Made by a program: the position numbers and the translations under genes
The notes under the pieces: generated by a model
What the model was told of the DNA's origin: nothing
Databases searched by the model: none
What the model saw: only the letters and a program-made list of their open reading frames with translations
Virus record (IMG/VR): IMGVR_UViG_3300020440_000009
Location: 1 to 64,000 of that record
DNA from: a virus
Taxonomy: Duplodnaviria; Caudoviricetes
Length of the DNA: 64,000 bases
Reading direction: 5' to 3' (one strand)
In this document: piece by piece, positions 38,781-48,702 of the stretch
Layout: every line of letters starts with the position of its first letter
How positions within the stretch are numbered: position 1 is the first letter of the stretch

Positions 38781-39218
38781 TTATCTTGTAATTGTACCAA
38801 CAATAGATGAAATAAGGGATGTTTTGTCATCACTTGTAATTCTATCAAAATCAGACAAAGAAGATGTCATGTTGTCAGTAAGAACTGCTTTTCTAACAGC
38901 TAATTGTTCAGTAAGATTTGCATCACCATAGTCTTTTGTGTATAAAGATTGTGTTTTCGTGTTAAGACTAGTTTCTGTTAGTTTAACCGAACTTGCAAGT
39001 CTGTTTCCTATTGAACTGTTATATAAGACACCTGTTGTTGTACCTATTTTGATACGGCCATTCCAGTAAATGTCTGTACCATCGCTGTAAAAGATATTTG
39101 AATCACTTACAGTAATTTCATTAATTGTCACTGCGGCCGCAATATCTAAACCCGTCACTACTACTTTATTAGTTTCAACAGGTGCTGGTATTGGTGCCGG
39201 GTTTGTTATTTCACTCAT
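38781..39218 (-). CDS. Hypothetical structural protein
   Basis: 145 aa ORF with GGAG SD, within the fibre operon. Confidence 0.6.
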   Translation of the reverse strand: MSEITNPAPIPAPVETNKVVVTGLDIAAAVTINEITVSDSNIFYSDGTDIYWNGRIKIGTTTGVLYNSSIGNRLASSVKLTETSLNTKTQSLYTKDYGDANLTEQLAVRKAVLTDNMTSSLSDFDRITSDDKTSLISSIVGTITR

Positions 39219-39252
39219 TTTGTATTCTCCTTGTTATCTTTTTTTTAAATTC

Positions 39253-42200
39253 TTATGCTCCGTCTGATGAACCAGTCGCTGAAGTTCCGTATGTCTTAGC
39301 TACAACATTCACTTTAGCTGTTCCTAGATCAATACCGTACATTGTTCCATCGATATTTATATCTAGAATCATATTTCTTCCTTTTCTTCTAAATCCTGCC
39401 ATCTCTCTAGGTATTTTACCTAATGCACATTCACCTGTTAGTGAAGGTGTATCACCATCTAAAGGTGCAGCCGATAAGATAGGTACTGTGAAGAACATAC
39501 CACCCATTTGGTTTACAGCCGATGTTGCCTGATCGGTTGAACCTGTACTATCATTGATAGGTTTATGTACTCTGATACCGGCTTTTCTAAAGAATTTTTG
39601 TGGGAAACCCTGGCCAACGAATTGTCCAAACTCACTTGTTCCAGACGTTGTTGTTTGTACATTAGTACCTATTGCAACTCCATGTGAAGCTCCACTTACC
39701 ATTGCATTATAACCAATGGCCATTCCAAATCTGTTTTTAGAAGTTAGACCACCCAGACTACCTGTATGACCTTCAACACTAGCTTCGTGACCAATAGCCA
39801 TGTTGGATGATCCAGAAACTACTGTTTCTGCACCAATAGCTATGTTTTCTGCCCCTTTAGCCTGTGCATCGTAGCCGACAGCAACGGTTTGATTGCCGTC
39901 TGCTAGTGTGTCTGGTCCAACTGCCACTGAGTATGTTCCTGTAGACTTAGCCACATATCCTATAGCTAGACTCTGATTTCCTTCGGCTGAAGTGGCACGA
40001 CCAATCGCCATTGCGGAATCAGCTTTGGATCTTGCGACCAAACCAATAGCCATTCCGTAATTATTTCTTACATGAGAAACTCCTCCGATAGCTATCTGAT
40101 ATCCTCCGGTTCCCTGAATTTCATTAGCGTATCCTAACATTACACCCTTATCAGAGGATGCCATTGTTTGGTTATTCAAACCTACTGCTGTGTGTCCGTG
40201 TCCTGATACTGTACCACCACCAATTAATACGTTAGCTGTTCCTGATACTACACTTTTCGATCTTTGTATAAGTGTTCCCGCACCACCATTAGTAATTCCC
40301 GTTCCAACAACGACATTTTCTTGACCTGATATGACTGGTGTTATCCCGAAACCTCTACCTGCTCCTATTAACACGTTTCTTTGACCTAAATTACGAGGAT
40401 TTCCAATAGGAACCACTCTTGTTCCGGCACCCACAAGTGTATTACCACCTGTTCGAGATACGCCCTTACCCACATCTTTTGCTGTGGCACCGATCGTGAC
40501 GCCTCGATAAGAGTTTGCGGATACTTGGTATCCTATACCTATTGCATCCTGGGAATCAGCTCCCGCCTCCATACCCATTGCGATTGAGTGTAGTTGTTCA
40601 GAGGATGTTAAATGTCCAATGGCTATTGAATCGTTACCATTAGTTAAATTTGAAATACCTACATTTACATTAGACGATCCTAACGCTCTACTGCTGTGAC
40701 CTATAATGGTTGAGAATTGGGCATCGGTTCTTGTAGTTCCACCACTTAATTTATGACCAAGTGCAACGCTACCTCTTGATTTTAAATAACTTTGGTTACC
40801 TATAACAAAACAATTATCACCATCTATTGCCGATGATTCGCTACCAATTGCAAGCGAAGATTGTGCAGAAACACTATTGCTATTACCAATGGTAATATTT
40901 AATCCTTGTGTTCTGTTTCGATTACCTATAGCGACTGTCTGACCATTATTTATCAAACGGTCACTCTGTGCATTATTATAATCAGTATTAAGATAACCAA
41001 TCTTAACCATACCTGTTCCACCACTAGTATTGTTGGATCTTCCTAAGAGTACATTACCATTTGTATTAACAGCGGCCTTAATGTGATTAGCTGTTCCAAG
41101 TAAAGTATTATAAGCACCATCGTTCGATATGTTAGCCTGTCCGAATATTAGATTGTTACCTTCTGCGTGATTTATTTTATTTTGACTACCGATTACATAT
41201 TCTACAGTACCACCTGCGTTAGTATTCTGATATCCAATAGCCCCGTTTATTCCAAAAAGAGAACCTACAGTGTTTTCGTTACCAGCGAGAATTGTTTGTC
41301 CTACACCAAGGTGAACAGTTGAATTTTCACGGTTTTCAGAACCTAATAAAAGTGCATGAGAGCCTGAGTTTTGGTAACCTAATGCGACTGAACCATTAGA
41401 TGCTCCTTGTGGGGTTGTTATGTTTCTAAATCCTATATTTGTTCTATGTGTTACGGCCGCCCCATCTCTGTTCTCATTTTGAACACCGATGTTAATTGAT
41501 GTTGATCCGTTTGGTACAATGTTCTTATTACCAATCGTTACTGAGTATAAAGAGCCTGAGACTGTATTGTCAGAACCAAGTGTGATACCAGCTTTAGCAT
41601 CTGCCGTACCTGATACATCATTTCGATGACCAATGATGATGCTTTCTTGTCCAGATAGCGTGTTACTGTCACCTATTATAACAGAACCACTTAAGTAAGA
41701 CCTGTTAGAGTTTCCTATGTAAACTTGACTTGTTTGTCCATACTGTAAATCTTTGTTCAATCTTCCAATGGCTGTAGAGAATTTACCAGAAAGTGTATTT
41801 TGGCGACCTAAAATATTTGTACCACCTAGTGAGTACAAACTTCTGTTGGATTCGCCAATGGCTATGGCAGTTCCTCCGGCTCTACTATTCGTACCTTTTA
41901 CCTTGTTAATATATCCTAATATTACATTAGGTTGCCCGGCCGCTCTTTGGCTAGATTCTATGTTCTCTTTACCCATTATAACACTACCAAAAGCTCCAGT
42001 ACCTGAGTTTTGGAAACCTATTGCGATTGATTCACCTTTTGCTGAGTTTTGGTAACCTAGTGCTATACTACCACTGTTGTTATTATCAGATTGTTGAATA
42101 TTTGATTCACCAATACCTATACCTCTAAGTCCTGATACAGAGTTAGTAAGACCGATAGATACAGAAGCAAGCTGACCTTTGTTACCTTTACCAATGATTA

Positions 42201-43512
42201 CGTTCTGACCACCAACATTACTACTACCTAAGGCCGCTGTTGCACTTATCTCATAGTTTTGTGAACCAATTAAAATAGCGTCTGAGTTACCACTTGTAGT
42301 ATTGCCGTGACCAATAATAACACCGGAACCGGCTGCCATAATTGAGTTGTTGCTATGACCGATTGCAATTACACCTTCACCATCTACAAGTCTATTTTTA
42401 TATCCTAAAATTAAACCTCTACTATTTGCACCCGTATTATTGTTATAAGCACCAAATGTCAAGTTAGAATTAACATTTGTTCCGATTACATTACTTATGC
42501 CTATTCCAAATGTACCGTCACTCGTAAAAGATCCGACTGAGCCTGTGTTTGTTTGACCTATCGCCATTGCTTTAGAGGCAATAGCAGATTCTATTCTATT
42601 GTTTTCACCAAATGCCATATGGCCTGAGTTTGCCACACCTACCAAAGTTGTGTTTTGGTTAAGACCGGTTCCTTCAGCTATATTATCACTACCAATTAAG
42701 TAAGATTCTGATGAATCTCTAAGTTGATTAGAATTACCCAGCATAGCACCTTTACTCGCAACATCGCTAGTTTGTGTGTTTCCAACACCAAGACTGGTTA
42801 TTTGAGCGCCTGCGATTGAGTTTTGTGATCCTATAGCCACAGAATAAGAGCCACTAACACCGTCTGAAGCATTTGACCCTCTCACACCAGCTATGTCAAT
42901 GATACCTATTTTGCCATTGTAGTTGAAGTTGGTGTTGAGACTCATTCCACCTATCAAGCAATTCTGTCCAACATTGTCTTGAAAGTTAGCAAATCTTAAA
43001 CCTGGTGCAGTTTGTGTAAGTCCACTTAAAACCATGAATGAAACTGCTGAGGGTTTGTAATCATTAATATCTTGATCATCGGTACCATCTAATGTAATTG
43101 ATTTTACGCTAGTATGACCAGATATTACAAATTTACCGGAGTTCGTTAGATCAACATCCACACCAGAAGTTAAAACAGTATTGGCCGATAAAGCTTTTTG
43201 AGCCACTGATGTGTTTGTCGTAACAATCTGAGCAGAGAGTGGTGTTCCTTTGCCAGCTTTACCACTCAATTCTGCTATAAGAGAATCATCACTCGTAGCA
43301 GAAATTGTCAAAGAAGCAACTCTACCAGATAAAGGTAATCCTTTACCAGCTTTACCACTCAATTCTTGTATTAATACGGTATTTTGGTCGGGGTTTTGTG
43401 CTGAAAGTTCATATGTAATACCGCTTACTGTTTCTAATACGGTAAAAGCATTATTTATCGCATTTCTCCACTGTAAGTTCGTCTGATTGTTACCTAGCGG
43501 TGTTAATGACAT
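39253..43512 (-). CDS. Long fibre protein built of YadA/Hia head-like (Hep_Hag-type) repeats
   Basis: About 1100 residues of [SAG]xx[IL]Gxx[NS/A] repeats (e.g. SVAIGSQN, SLAIGYVAKS, TVAVGYDAQA, NIAIGAET), the pattern of trimeric autotransporter head beta-rolls. Confidence 0.8.
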   Translation of the reverse strand: MSLTPLGNNQTNLQWRNAINNAFTVLETVSGITYELSAQNPDQNTVLIQELSGKAGKGLPLSGRVASLTISATSDDSLIAELSGKAGKGTPLSAQIVTTNTSVAQKALSANTVLTSGVDVDLTNSGKFVISGHTSVKSITLDGTDDQDINDYKPSAVSFMVLSGLTQTAPGLRFANFQDNVGQNCLIGGMSLNTNFNYNGKIGIIDIAGVRGSNASDGVSGSYSVAIGSQNSIAGAQITSLGVGNTQTSDVASKGAMLGNSNQLRDSSESYLIGSDNIAEGTGLNQNTTLVGVANSGHMAFGENNRIESAIASKAMAIGQTNTGSVGSFTSDGTFGIGISNVIGTNVNSNLTFGAYNNNTGANSRGLILGYKNRLVDGEGVIAIGHSNNSIMAAGSGVIIGHGNTTSGNSDAILIGSQNYEISATAALGSSNVGGQNVIIGKGNKGQLASVSIGLTNSVSGLRGIGIGESNIQQSDNNNSGSIALGYQNSAKGESIAIGFQNSGTGAFGSVIMGKENIESSQRAAGQPNVILGYINKVKGTNSRAGGTAIAIGESNRSLYSLGGTNILGRQNTLSGKFSTAIGRLNKDLQYGQTSQVYIGNSNRSYLSGSVIIGDSNTLSGQESIIIGHRNDVSGTADAKAGITLGSDNTVSGSLYSVTIGNKNIVPNGSTSINIGVQNENRDGAAVTHRTNIGFRNITTPQGASNGSVALGYQNSGSHALLLGSENRENSTVHLGVGQTILAGNENTVGSLFGINGAIGYQNTNAGGTVEYVIGSQNKINHAEGNNLIFGQANISNDGAYNTLLGTANHIKAAVNTNGNVLLGRSNNTSGGTGMVKIGYLNTDYNNAQSDRLINNGQTVAIGNRNRTQGLNITIGNSNSVSAQSSLAIGSESSAIDGDNCFVIGNQSYLKSRGSVALGHKLSGGTTRTDAQFSTIIGHSSRALGSSNVNVGISNLTNGNDSIAIGHLTSSEQLHSIAMGMEAGADSQDAIGIGYQVSANSYRGVTIGATAKDVGKGVSRTGGNTLVGAGTRVVPIGNPRNLGQRNVLIGAGRGFGITPVISGQENVVVGTGITNGGAGTLIQRSKSVVSGTANVLIGGGTVSGHGHTAVGLNNQTMASSDKGVMLGYANEIQGTGGYQIAIGGVSHVRNNYGMAIGLVARSKADSAMAIGRATSAEGNQSLAIGYVAKSTGTYSVAVGPDTLADGNQTVAVGYDAQAKGAENIAIGAETVVSGSSNMAIGHEASVEGHTGSLGGLTSKNRFGMAIGYNAMVSGASHGVAIGTNVQTTTSGTSEFGQFVGQGFPQKFFRKAGIRVHKPINDSTGSTDQATSAVNQMGGMFFTVPILSAAPLDGDTPSLTGECALGKIPREMAGFRRKGRNMILDINIDGTMYGIDLGTAKVNVVAKTYGTSATGSSDGA

Positions 43513-43539
43513 TGTTTGTTCTCCTCAGTTAAAAAATTA

Positions 43540-43872
43540 TTATCCAGCGTGGCCAGTAAATGTGTGCATATCAGGTGGTGCCATATTCTGTCCATTTACT
43601 GGTGAATATGAACCCGAAGCTCTTCCGGTCCAAGTAACATCAAAAGCTTCATCGTAGCTGGTTACATTACCAACTTTTTTGATTCTAACAATCCTTTGCT
43701 TTCTATGTCCGCTTAGTGAATCAGAGCCGTATATTTCAGCGGCCTCTCCGGCTGATGCACTTATTGCCAAGTAACACATATAAGTTGTATTGGCATCCGC
43801 CTCATCAATCTTATGTGGTGTAATGGTGTTTACATCTTCAACTCTATAATGTGAATTACTATATATCGGCAT
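43540..43872 (-). CDS. Small hypothetical structural protein
   Basis: 110 aa; TTY...RIVRIKK.G......VTWTGRA..Y resembles a small domain common in phage head/fibre proteins. Confidence 0.5.
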   Translation of the reverse strand: MPIYSNSHYRVEDVNTITPHKIDEADANTTYMCYLAISASAGEAAEIYGSDSLSGHRKQRIVRIKKVGNVTSYDEAFDVTWTGRASGSYSPVNGQNMAPPDMHTFTGHAG

Positions 43873-43883
43873 CTTTCTATCTC

Positions 43884-44453
43884 CTATCTAATATCGTTAA
43901 ATCTTCCTTCAGTCTCTTCTAGTTCAAAATATTGGAATGTTAATTCTACATCGAATGTAGAAATGTCTGCTGATTCATTTGATAAATCAATAGTACCAAC
44001 ACTACTAGGAGTGCAACCAACAAGTTTATATATCTCTGCAACTGTTTTCATATCATCTTTAAAGAAGATCATTCTTATATTGCTCGTTGTGTTTATCTTT
44101 TTATCACCTTCCATAATAGAACCATCTGTCAAAGCTGGATTTGAAACTGTAGACATCCATTTTAACATTGCTCTATGATATTCACCGTCTGAATCATTCT
44201 TGATTGTAATTGTTGTTGTCTGATCCATTCCTAATCTTGTAGGAAGTTTAAAAGGATATCCATGATAAAATACATCTGTAAACTCCTGCTGTCTTGCAGG
44301 AAGTGAGGCTGTGCTTGCCCACATTGTTAGGTTTTGTAAAGATTCATCAACTTCGGCTATACCTGTCGTAATAATGAGTTGGAATTGATTTTGCTTTCTA
44401 ATTCCTCGCTCTTTGAGTTCATTCATAAAATTTGTTAATGTCTTCGGTTCCAT
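43884..44453 (-). CDS. gp19: Tail tube protein, T4 gp19-like
   Basis: RKQNQFQLII, ASTASLPA, FYHGYPFKLP, TITIKND, AMLKWM, YKLVGCTPSSVGTIDLS, ISTFDVELTFQYFE. Confidence 0.88.
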   Translation of the reverse strand: MEPKTLTNFMNELKERGIRKQNQFQLIITTGIAEVDESLQNLTMWASTASLPARQQEFTDVFYHGYPFKLPTRLGMDQTTTITIKNDSDGEYHRAMLKWMSTVSNPALTDGSIMEGDKKINTTSNIRMIFFKDDMKTVAEIYKLVGCTPSSVGTIDLSNESADISTFDVELTFQYFELEETEGRFNDIR

Positions 44454-44464
44454 ATCTCTCTCCG

Positions 44465-44656
44465 TTATTCGGTGACTTTATCTTCAAAGTAAGAACACCA
44501 GTCAGATTCCGGTCTTTTTATGACAGGGTAAACAGATGTTATACATTTTCTACCCTCCCTGTCTGTGGTATTTATAGGAATAGGTGGATTTAACCTACAA
44601 AAATTATTGTCTTCCTCGAAAAAATCACAGTCAATACAAGCTCTTTTGGTATTCAT
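44465..44656 (-). CDS. Small Cys-rich hypothetical protein
   Basis: CxxC...CRLNPP...YPV...DWC pattern. Confidence 0.6.
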   Translation of the reverse strand: MNTKRACIDCDFFEEDNNFCRLNPPIPINTTDREGRKCITSVYPVIKRPESDWCSYFEDKVTE

Positions 44657-44657
44657 A

Positions 44658-45407
44658 CTAAATCTTCAATCCTTCTTTTCTTAATCTTTGTCCTACACTC
44701 GTTACGATTTCAGAAAAGTTATCTTTAACAATGTTTTTATCAACATTTTTAGGTAGCTTCTTACTAGACTTCATGTCTTTCATTAAACTCATAAGGTCTT
44801 TTTTATTTTTTATCTTTTTACTTCTGACCATATCAACAACATAATCAACTACCATATCTTTTTCGATTTCAATATCTTTAAACTTACCTTCTACTATTTC
44901 TTCTACAACATGTACACACCTGTCTTTTTCGTATATAGCAAATCTTTCTTTTATCTTCTCTTTAGATACTTTAAATTTTTGTTCAAAAGGTGTTCCACAT
45001 AAAGGACAATTAGTTGGATATTTACCAGCAAATGAAGGCATGTGAAAATTACAGCTAGAACACACTTTCTTAATTACTACATTACCTTTAATGAGATCGG
45101 GTTTTCTGAATGCGTTTGCGATACCCTGTGTTATCATAAACCTTTTCTCATTTATTCTAGCGTTACCCTCTTCATCGTATACAATAATGTCATCAGAATC
45201 TTCTGTTACTTCTTCAGAACGACTTTCCATTTGTATATCGCTTTTAGTGACCGATTTAACTTCGTTAATTTTAGCCGATCTTTCCTCTGACTTTGAAAAT
45301 ACTTCAACATCTTCGACCACATCTTCTATACCTAACATCTTTTCATAAGCTTCTGATATTCCATCATTAATTTTAAAGCTCATTTCTTTTGTTTCTGTGA
45401 CTTTCAT
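44658..45407 (-). CDS. Acidic/basic late protein with a central Zn ribbon
   Basis: CSSC...CPLCG; preceded by GTAAATA (45434-45440) and GGAG. Confidence 0.7.
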   Translation of the reverse strand: MKVTETKEMSFKINDGISEAYEKMLGIEDVVEDVEVFSKSEERSAKINEVKSVTKSDIQMESRSEEVTEDSDDIIVYDEEGNARINEKRFMITQGIANAFRKPDLIKGNVVIKKVCSSCNFHMPSFAGKYPTNCPLCGTPFEQKFKVSKEKIKERFAIYEKDRCVHVVEEIVEGKFKDIEIEKDMVVDYVVDMVRSKKIKNKKDLMSLMKDMKSSKKLPKNVDKNIVKDNFSEIVTSVGQRLRKEGLKI

Positions 45408-45473
45408 AACTTTGTGACTCCTTAGCGTATCTATATTTACTTATTTAAGAGTAAAAAACCTTTTTATATGGTG

Positions 45474-45479
45474 TATAAT
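45474..45479 (+). promoter_or_regulatory. -10 hexamer TATAAT 5 nt upstream of the rnh start codon (leaderless-type)
   Basis: TATAAT-accac-ATG with no SD. The same spacing occurs at 46403, 47561 and 62103 (plus strand) and 60784 (minus strand). Confidence 0.6.
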
Positions 45480-45484
45480 ACCAC

Positions 45485-46399
45485 ATGAATAATCAAATCA
45501 AACAATTCGGTGACTTGAATATCTTCATAGATGCATCATATGTAATGTATTATACTGTTCATGGTGCTTTTTCTATGTGGAAGAATGAATATACTTCCAG
45601 ATTTAATGAGAGGTGTCCAGAGAAGGTAGTATTCGATGCTCCTGACATCACAAATGATGACAAATACTTATACTGCCTTCAGAAAAAGATGGAAAACAAT
45701 CTAGACTCTATATTCAACATCATCAAAAACAAAATGTTTGATGGTTTTCATCCTCCCGGTTTAAGACCTAAAGTTTACTTCTGTCTCGATGATGTATCTC
45801 GAAACTATTGGAGAAAGCAGAATATCTTCAGAGAATATAAGGCTAACAGAAAGTCTATACCATCTTATTTCAATGCCGGTAAAGCTTTCAGGTACCTATA
45901 TGAGATAATACTACCACAACTTGAGTTAGAAGAGTTCTTTGGTATTAAAAGTATTCTCGTAGAATCAGCAGAAGCTGATGACATTATCATGACACTTGTT
46001 CGTAGAATGAAGCATAGTAATAATTGTATCATAGCTACAGACCATGATATGATACAGGTTCTAGACAAAGCCAGAATGTTTGATCTACAAGGCAAAGAGA
46101 TAAACATTGGTTACATCTCAAACAAATGTATTGGTAGTGAAGATATGACCAGTGAGACGTATCTCAAGACTAAACTTCTTGTAGGTGATAAGTCTGATAA
46201 TATACCTCAAGTATTTGAAAGAGTTGGTTGGAAGAAAGCATGGAATTTGATGAGTGATGTAGATACACTTAAAGAGAAACTAAAAGACCAACAAGCTTTC
46301 GATAGATTACAACTTAATTCAAAGTTAATAGACTGTAAATACATACCTAGTGGTATTCAAAAAGACATTATAAAGTCTTATATAGAAACAAAATCATAA
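45485..46399 (+). CDS. rnh: T4-type RNase H / 5'-3' exonuclease (FEN-like)
   Basis: IFIDAS, YWRK..F.EYKANRK, EADDII, ATDHDMIQV, LVGDKSDNIP motifs. Confidence 0.92.
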   Translation: MNNQIKQFGDLNIFIDASYVMYYTVHGAFSMWKNEYTSRFNERCPEKVVFDAPDITNDDKYLYCLQKKMENNLDSIFNIIKNKMFDGFHPPGLRPKVYFCLDDVSRNYWRKQNIFREYKANRKSIPSYFNAGKAFRYLYEIILPQLELEEFFGIKSILVESAEADDIIMTLVRRMKHSNNCIIATDHDMIQVLDKARMFDLQGKEINIGYISNKCIGSEDMTSETYLKTKLLVGDKSDNIPQVFERVGWKKAWNLMSDVDTLKEKLKDQQAFDRLQLNSKLIDCKYIPSGIQKDIIKSYIETKS

Positions 46400-46413
46400 G
46401 GGTATAATCAATT

Positions 46414-47100
46414 ATGATGAAAGACACACCGAATGTGGTAATTTACAAATACTCAACTGTAGCATCTTATATGCTAGAGAGATTTATTGACGATCAATCC
46501 GAAAGTATAATCCGTGAAGGTGATAATATAATCTTTACAAGAAACTATGAGTCTAGATTCTTAGTAAAAGCATTTACAGACTATATCAATGACTTCTTTA
46601 ACATTGAATGTGATTATCCATATGGTAAACAAAAGACTATTGTAGTTGGTACATGCTACTCACATCATAATTGGAAATGTAAGTTTATCGATCAGATAGA
46701 AAACAACTCTGCAAGAAAATTTATTAAATCAAAAGTTCCAGTCAGATATGCATTTTCGGATAGAAATTTTATGGCAGATGAATCACTTATAAACCAACTA
46801 TTAGACACACTTGTCGGTAAACTAATGAGAGGTGACATAACAGTAACAACGCCTAATTTTTCCACCGTAAAGTTTGTATTCGTAAAAGATGTATCTGAGA
46901 ATGATATAGCATCTGTTTTGAGAGGTTATCACAGTTATAAGAATTGCTATGTATATCCTAATTCAAAAAGTGAGTTACTGTTTGATATAAACAGAATGGT
47001 TTACAAAACAGTATCGAAGAAACATAGAATAACATCCGACCTAAAAGATAAAGTGCTTTATATGTATGAACTTACTTGTTCTCCTGAAGAGAATGAATAA
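46414..47100 (+). CDS. Hypothetical protein
   Basis: 228 aa ORF between rnh and the GIY-YIG gene. Confidence 0.65.
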   Translation: MMKDTPNVVIYKYSTVASYMLERFIDDQSESIIREGDNIIFTRNYESRFLVKAFTDYINDFFNIECDYPYGKQKTIVVGTCYSHHNWKCKFIDQIENNSARKFIKSKVPVRYAFSDRNFMADESLINQLLDTLVGKLMRGDITVTTPNFSTVKFVFVKDVSENDIASVLRGYHSYKNCYVYPNSKSELLFDINRMVYKTVSKKHRITSDLKDKVLYMYELTCSPEENE

Positions 47101-47110
47101 ATAAACTTGT

Positions 47111-47560
47111 ATGAGTAGAGAAAATTATACTGGTTGGAAATTGATGTCTAGTCGAAAGAAGTTCGAAGAAGCACCTGAAGAATATATTGGCTTTGTCTAT
47201 GAAATACTTGATAAAGAAACTAATATGAGATACATAGGTAAAAAGAAGTTCTGGTCTAAAGTCACAAGACCACCTCTCAAAGGTCGAAAAAATAAAAGAC
47301 ACTCACTCAAAGAATCTGACTGGAAAGACTATTATGGGTCTAGCGATGAAGTGAAACAACTTGTGGAGAATACAGGTACTTGGAGATTTGAGAGATACAT
47401 ACTTCGTCTGTGTAAAACATCTGGTGAAATGTCTTACTATGAAATGAAAGCACAAGTTGAAAATGATGTCTTACTCAAGCCAGATGAATATTACAATGCA
47501 TTTGTTGGTGGTAAGATTCATAGAAGTCATCTAGGTCATTTAATTAAGAAGAAAAAGTAG
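47111..47560 (+). CDS. GIY-YIG family nuclease (Seg-like, common in T4-like phages)
   Basis: GFVYEI...N.RYIGKK...WKDYYGSS is a GIY-YIG variant. Confidence 0.75.
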   Translation: MSRENYTGWKLMSSRKKFEEAPEEYIGFVYEILDKETNMRYIGKKKFWSKVTRPPLKGRKNKRHSLKESDWKDYYGSSDEVKQLVENTGTWRFERYILRLCKTSGEMSYYEMKAQVENDVLLKPDEYYNAFVGGKIHRSHLGHLIKKKK

Positions 47561-47571
47561 TATAATCCTTC

Positions 47572-47868
47572 ATGAGTGAAGAAAATAAAAGATCATTTTT
47601 TGATTGTATGAAGAATATTATTCAAGCAAAGAACAAGGATGTTTTAGAGTCAGACATATCCTCACCAACATTTGACACAATGTATTCGAAGTATATGGTT
47701 CAAAGATATATAAGCATGTATCCACCATATATGAAGTTTATAGATAAGCATCAAGTCGCCTTAGAATCATTGTCTAATGAAATGCACTATAGATTTCTCT
47801 TCAAAGTAATACCTCAAAATAGAAATTTGTGGATTAAGTACATATCCAAAGGTAAGAAAAAGAAATAG
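47572..47868 (+). CDS. gp62: Clamp loader small subunit, T4 gp62-like
   Basis: FFDCMKNI...YSKYMVQRYISM...MHYRFLFKVIP....WIKY matches the gp62 pattern. Confidence 0.75.
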   Translation: MSEENKRSFFDCMKNIIQAKNKDVLESDISSPTFDTMYSKYMVQRYISMYPPYMKFIDKHQVALESLSNEMHYRFLFKVIPQNRNLWIKYISKGKKKK

Positions 47869-48702
47869 TTATTTTTTTAAGTGTGCAAAGTTTTTATAAT
47901 AAAGATTCGCCAAATTACCTCTACCTAAAAGTTCCTCAGGATTGTCAAAAATAATCTTAGAGTAAACACCTCCGTAATGTATACAATAGGCTTCTTTTTT
48001 AAGAAACTCAGGTTTTAAAACATCAGCGATTGCATTCCATTTACAATCCAAGAATGAATATGATATTCCTAAATTATGAACCATACCGTTTATTAAAGGC
48101 ATATCTTCAGTTCCAAAGTTTTTATGAGGCCAAGCATTTGTTTGATCAATAGACTTTCTATTGTTTAGCATGTTAACCCAGTTTTCTCTAAAAAGCTTTC
48201 TACACTTTCTATTCGCTATCCAAACACCTGTATTCATATACTCATGAATCTTATGATAAAAATCATAAATGTAGGCATGATCTTTGATAAAATCCATACT
48301 GTATCTAGTTTTTATAAAAATATTATTGTAATATTTAGCATAACCATTAGGTTCATTGACAGCATGAAAATCTTTTGACTTATCTATCTCGTTAAAGATA
48401 TTAGGTATATCATCTGGAGACTTCATTACAATATCCGAGTCAATATACATTATCCATTCATATTCATCAAATTTTTCTTCGCAAAGAGCCAGACACCATA
48501 AAAACTTCATAAAGACATCTTTATATACTTTACTTTCTGGTAAATCGGGTTTGTCTTCGAAGATATAATCACAACCTATGCTCTTGGCATATTCACTAAC
48601 AGTTTCTTTAGACTTTAGAACTAATCTTCCGTCGGAATATTTTCCGCCATTGTGACCATCATTCTTACCTGTTTGTATAAAGCACTGATAAATTAAATTC
48701 AT
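47869..48702 (-). CDS. GT-A fold glycosyltransferase (GT8/GT34-like), tandem copy A
   Basis: DXD motif YIDSDIV, NTGVWIA, EDMPLINGM, KWNA, IHYGG. Confidence 0.8.
   Translation of the reverse strand: MNLIYQCFIQTGKNDGHNGGKYSDGRLVLKSKETVSEYAKSIGCDYIFEDKPDLPESKVYKDVFMKFLWCLALCEEKFDEYEWIMYIDSDIVMKSPDDIPNIFNEIDKSKDFHAVNEPNGYAKYYNNIFIKTRYSMDFIKDHAYIYDFYHKIHEYMNTGVWIANRKCRKLFRENWVNMLNNRKSIDQTNAWPHKNFGTEDMPLINGMVHNLGISYSFLDCKWNAIADVLKPEFLKKEAYCIHYGGVYSKIIFDNPEELLGRGNLANLYYKNFAHLKK

Noticed and set aside
299-43486. Numerous 60-115 aa opposite-strand or alternate-frame ORFs from the track (e.g. 299-508, 7950-8183, 22366-22671, 37114-37461, 41753-42055)
   Set aside because: They lie entirely within long, motif-supported genes, lack SD or promoter context and show no recognisable motifs; treated as shadow ORFs.
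47111-47560. Mobile homing endonuclease insertion
   Set aside because: A GIY-YIG-like core is present, but no appended DNA-binding domain, intron context or disrupted target gene is evident; kept as a resident nuclease.
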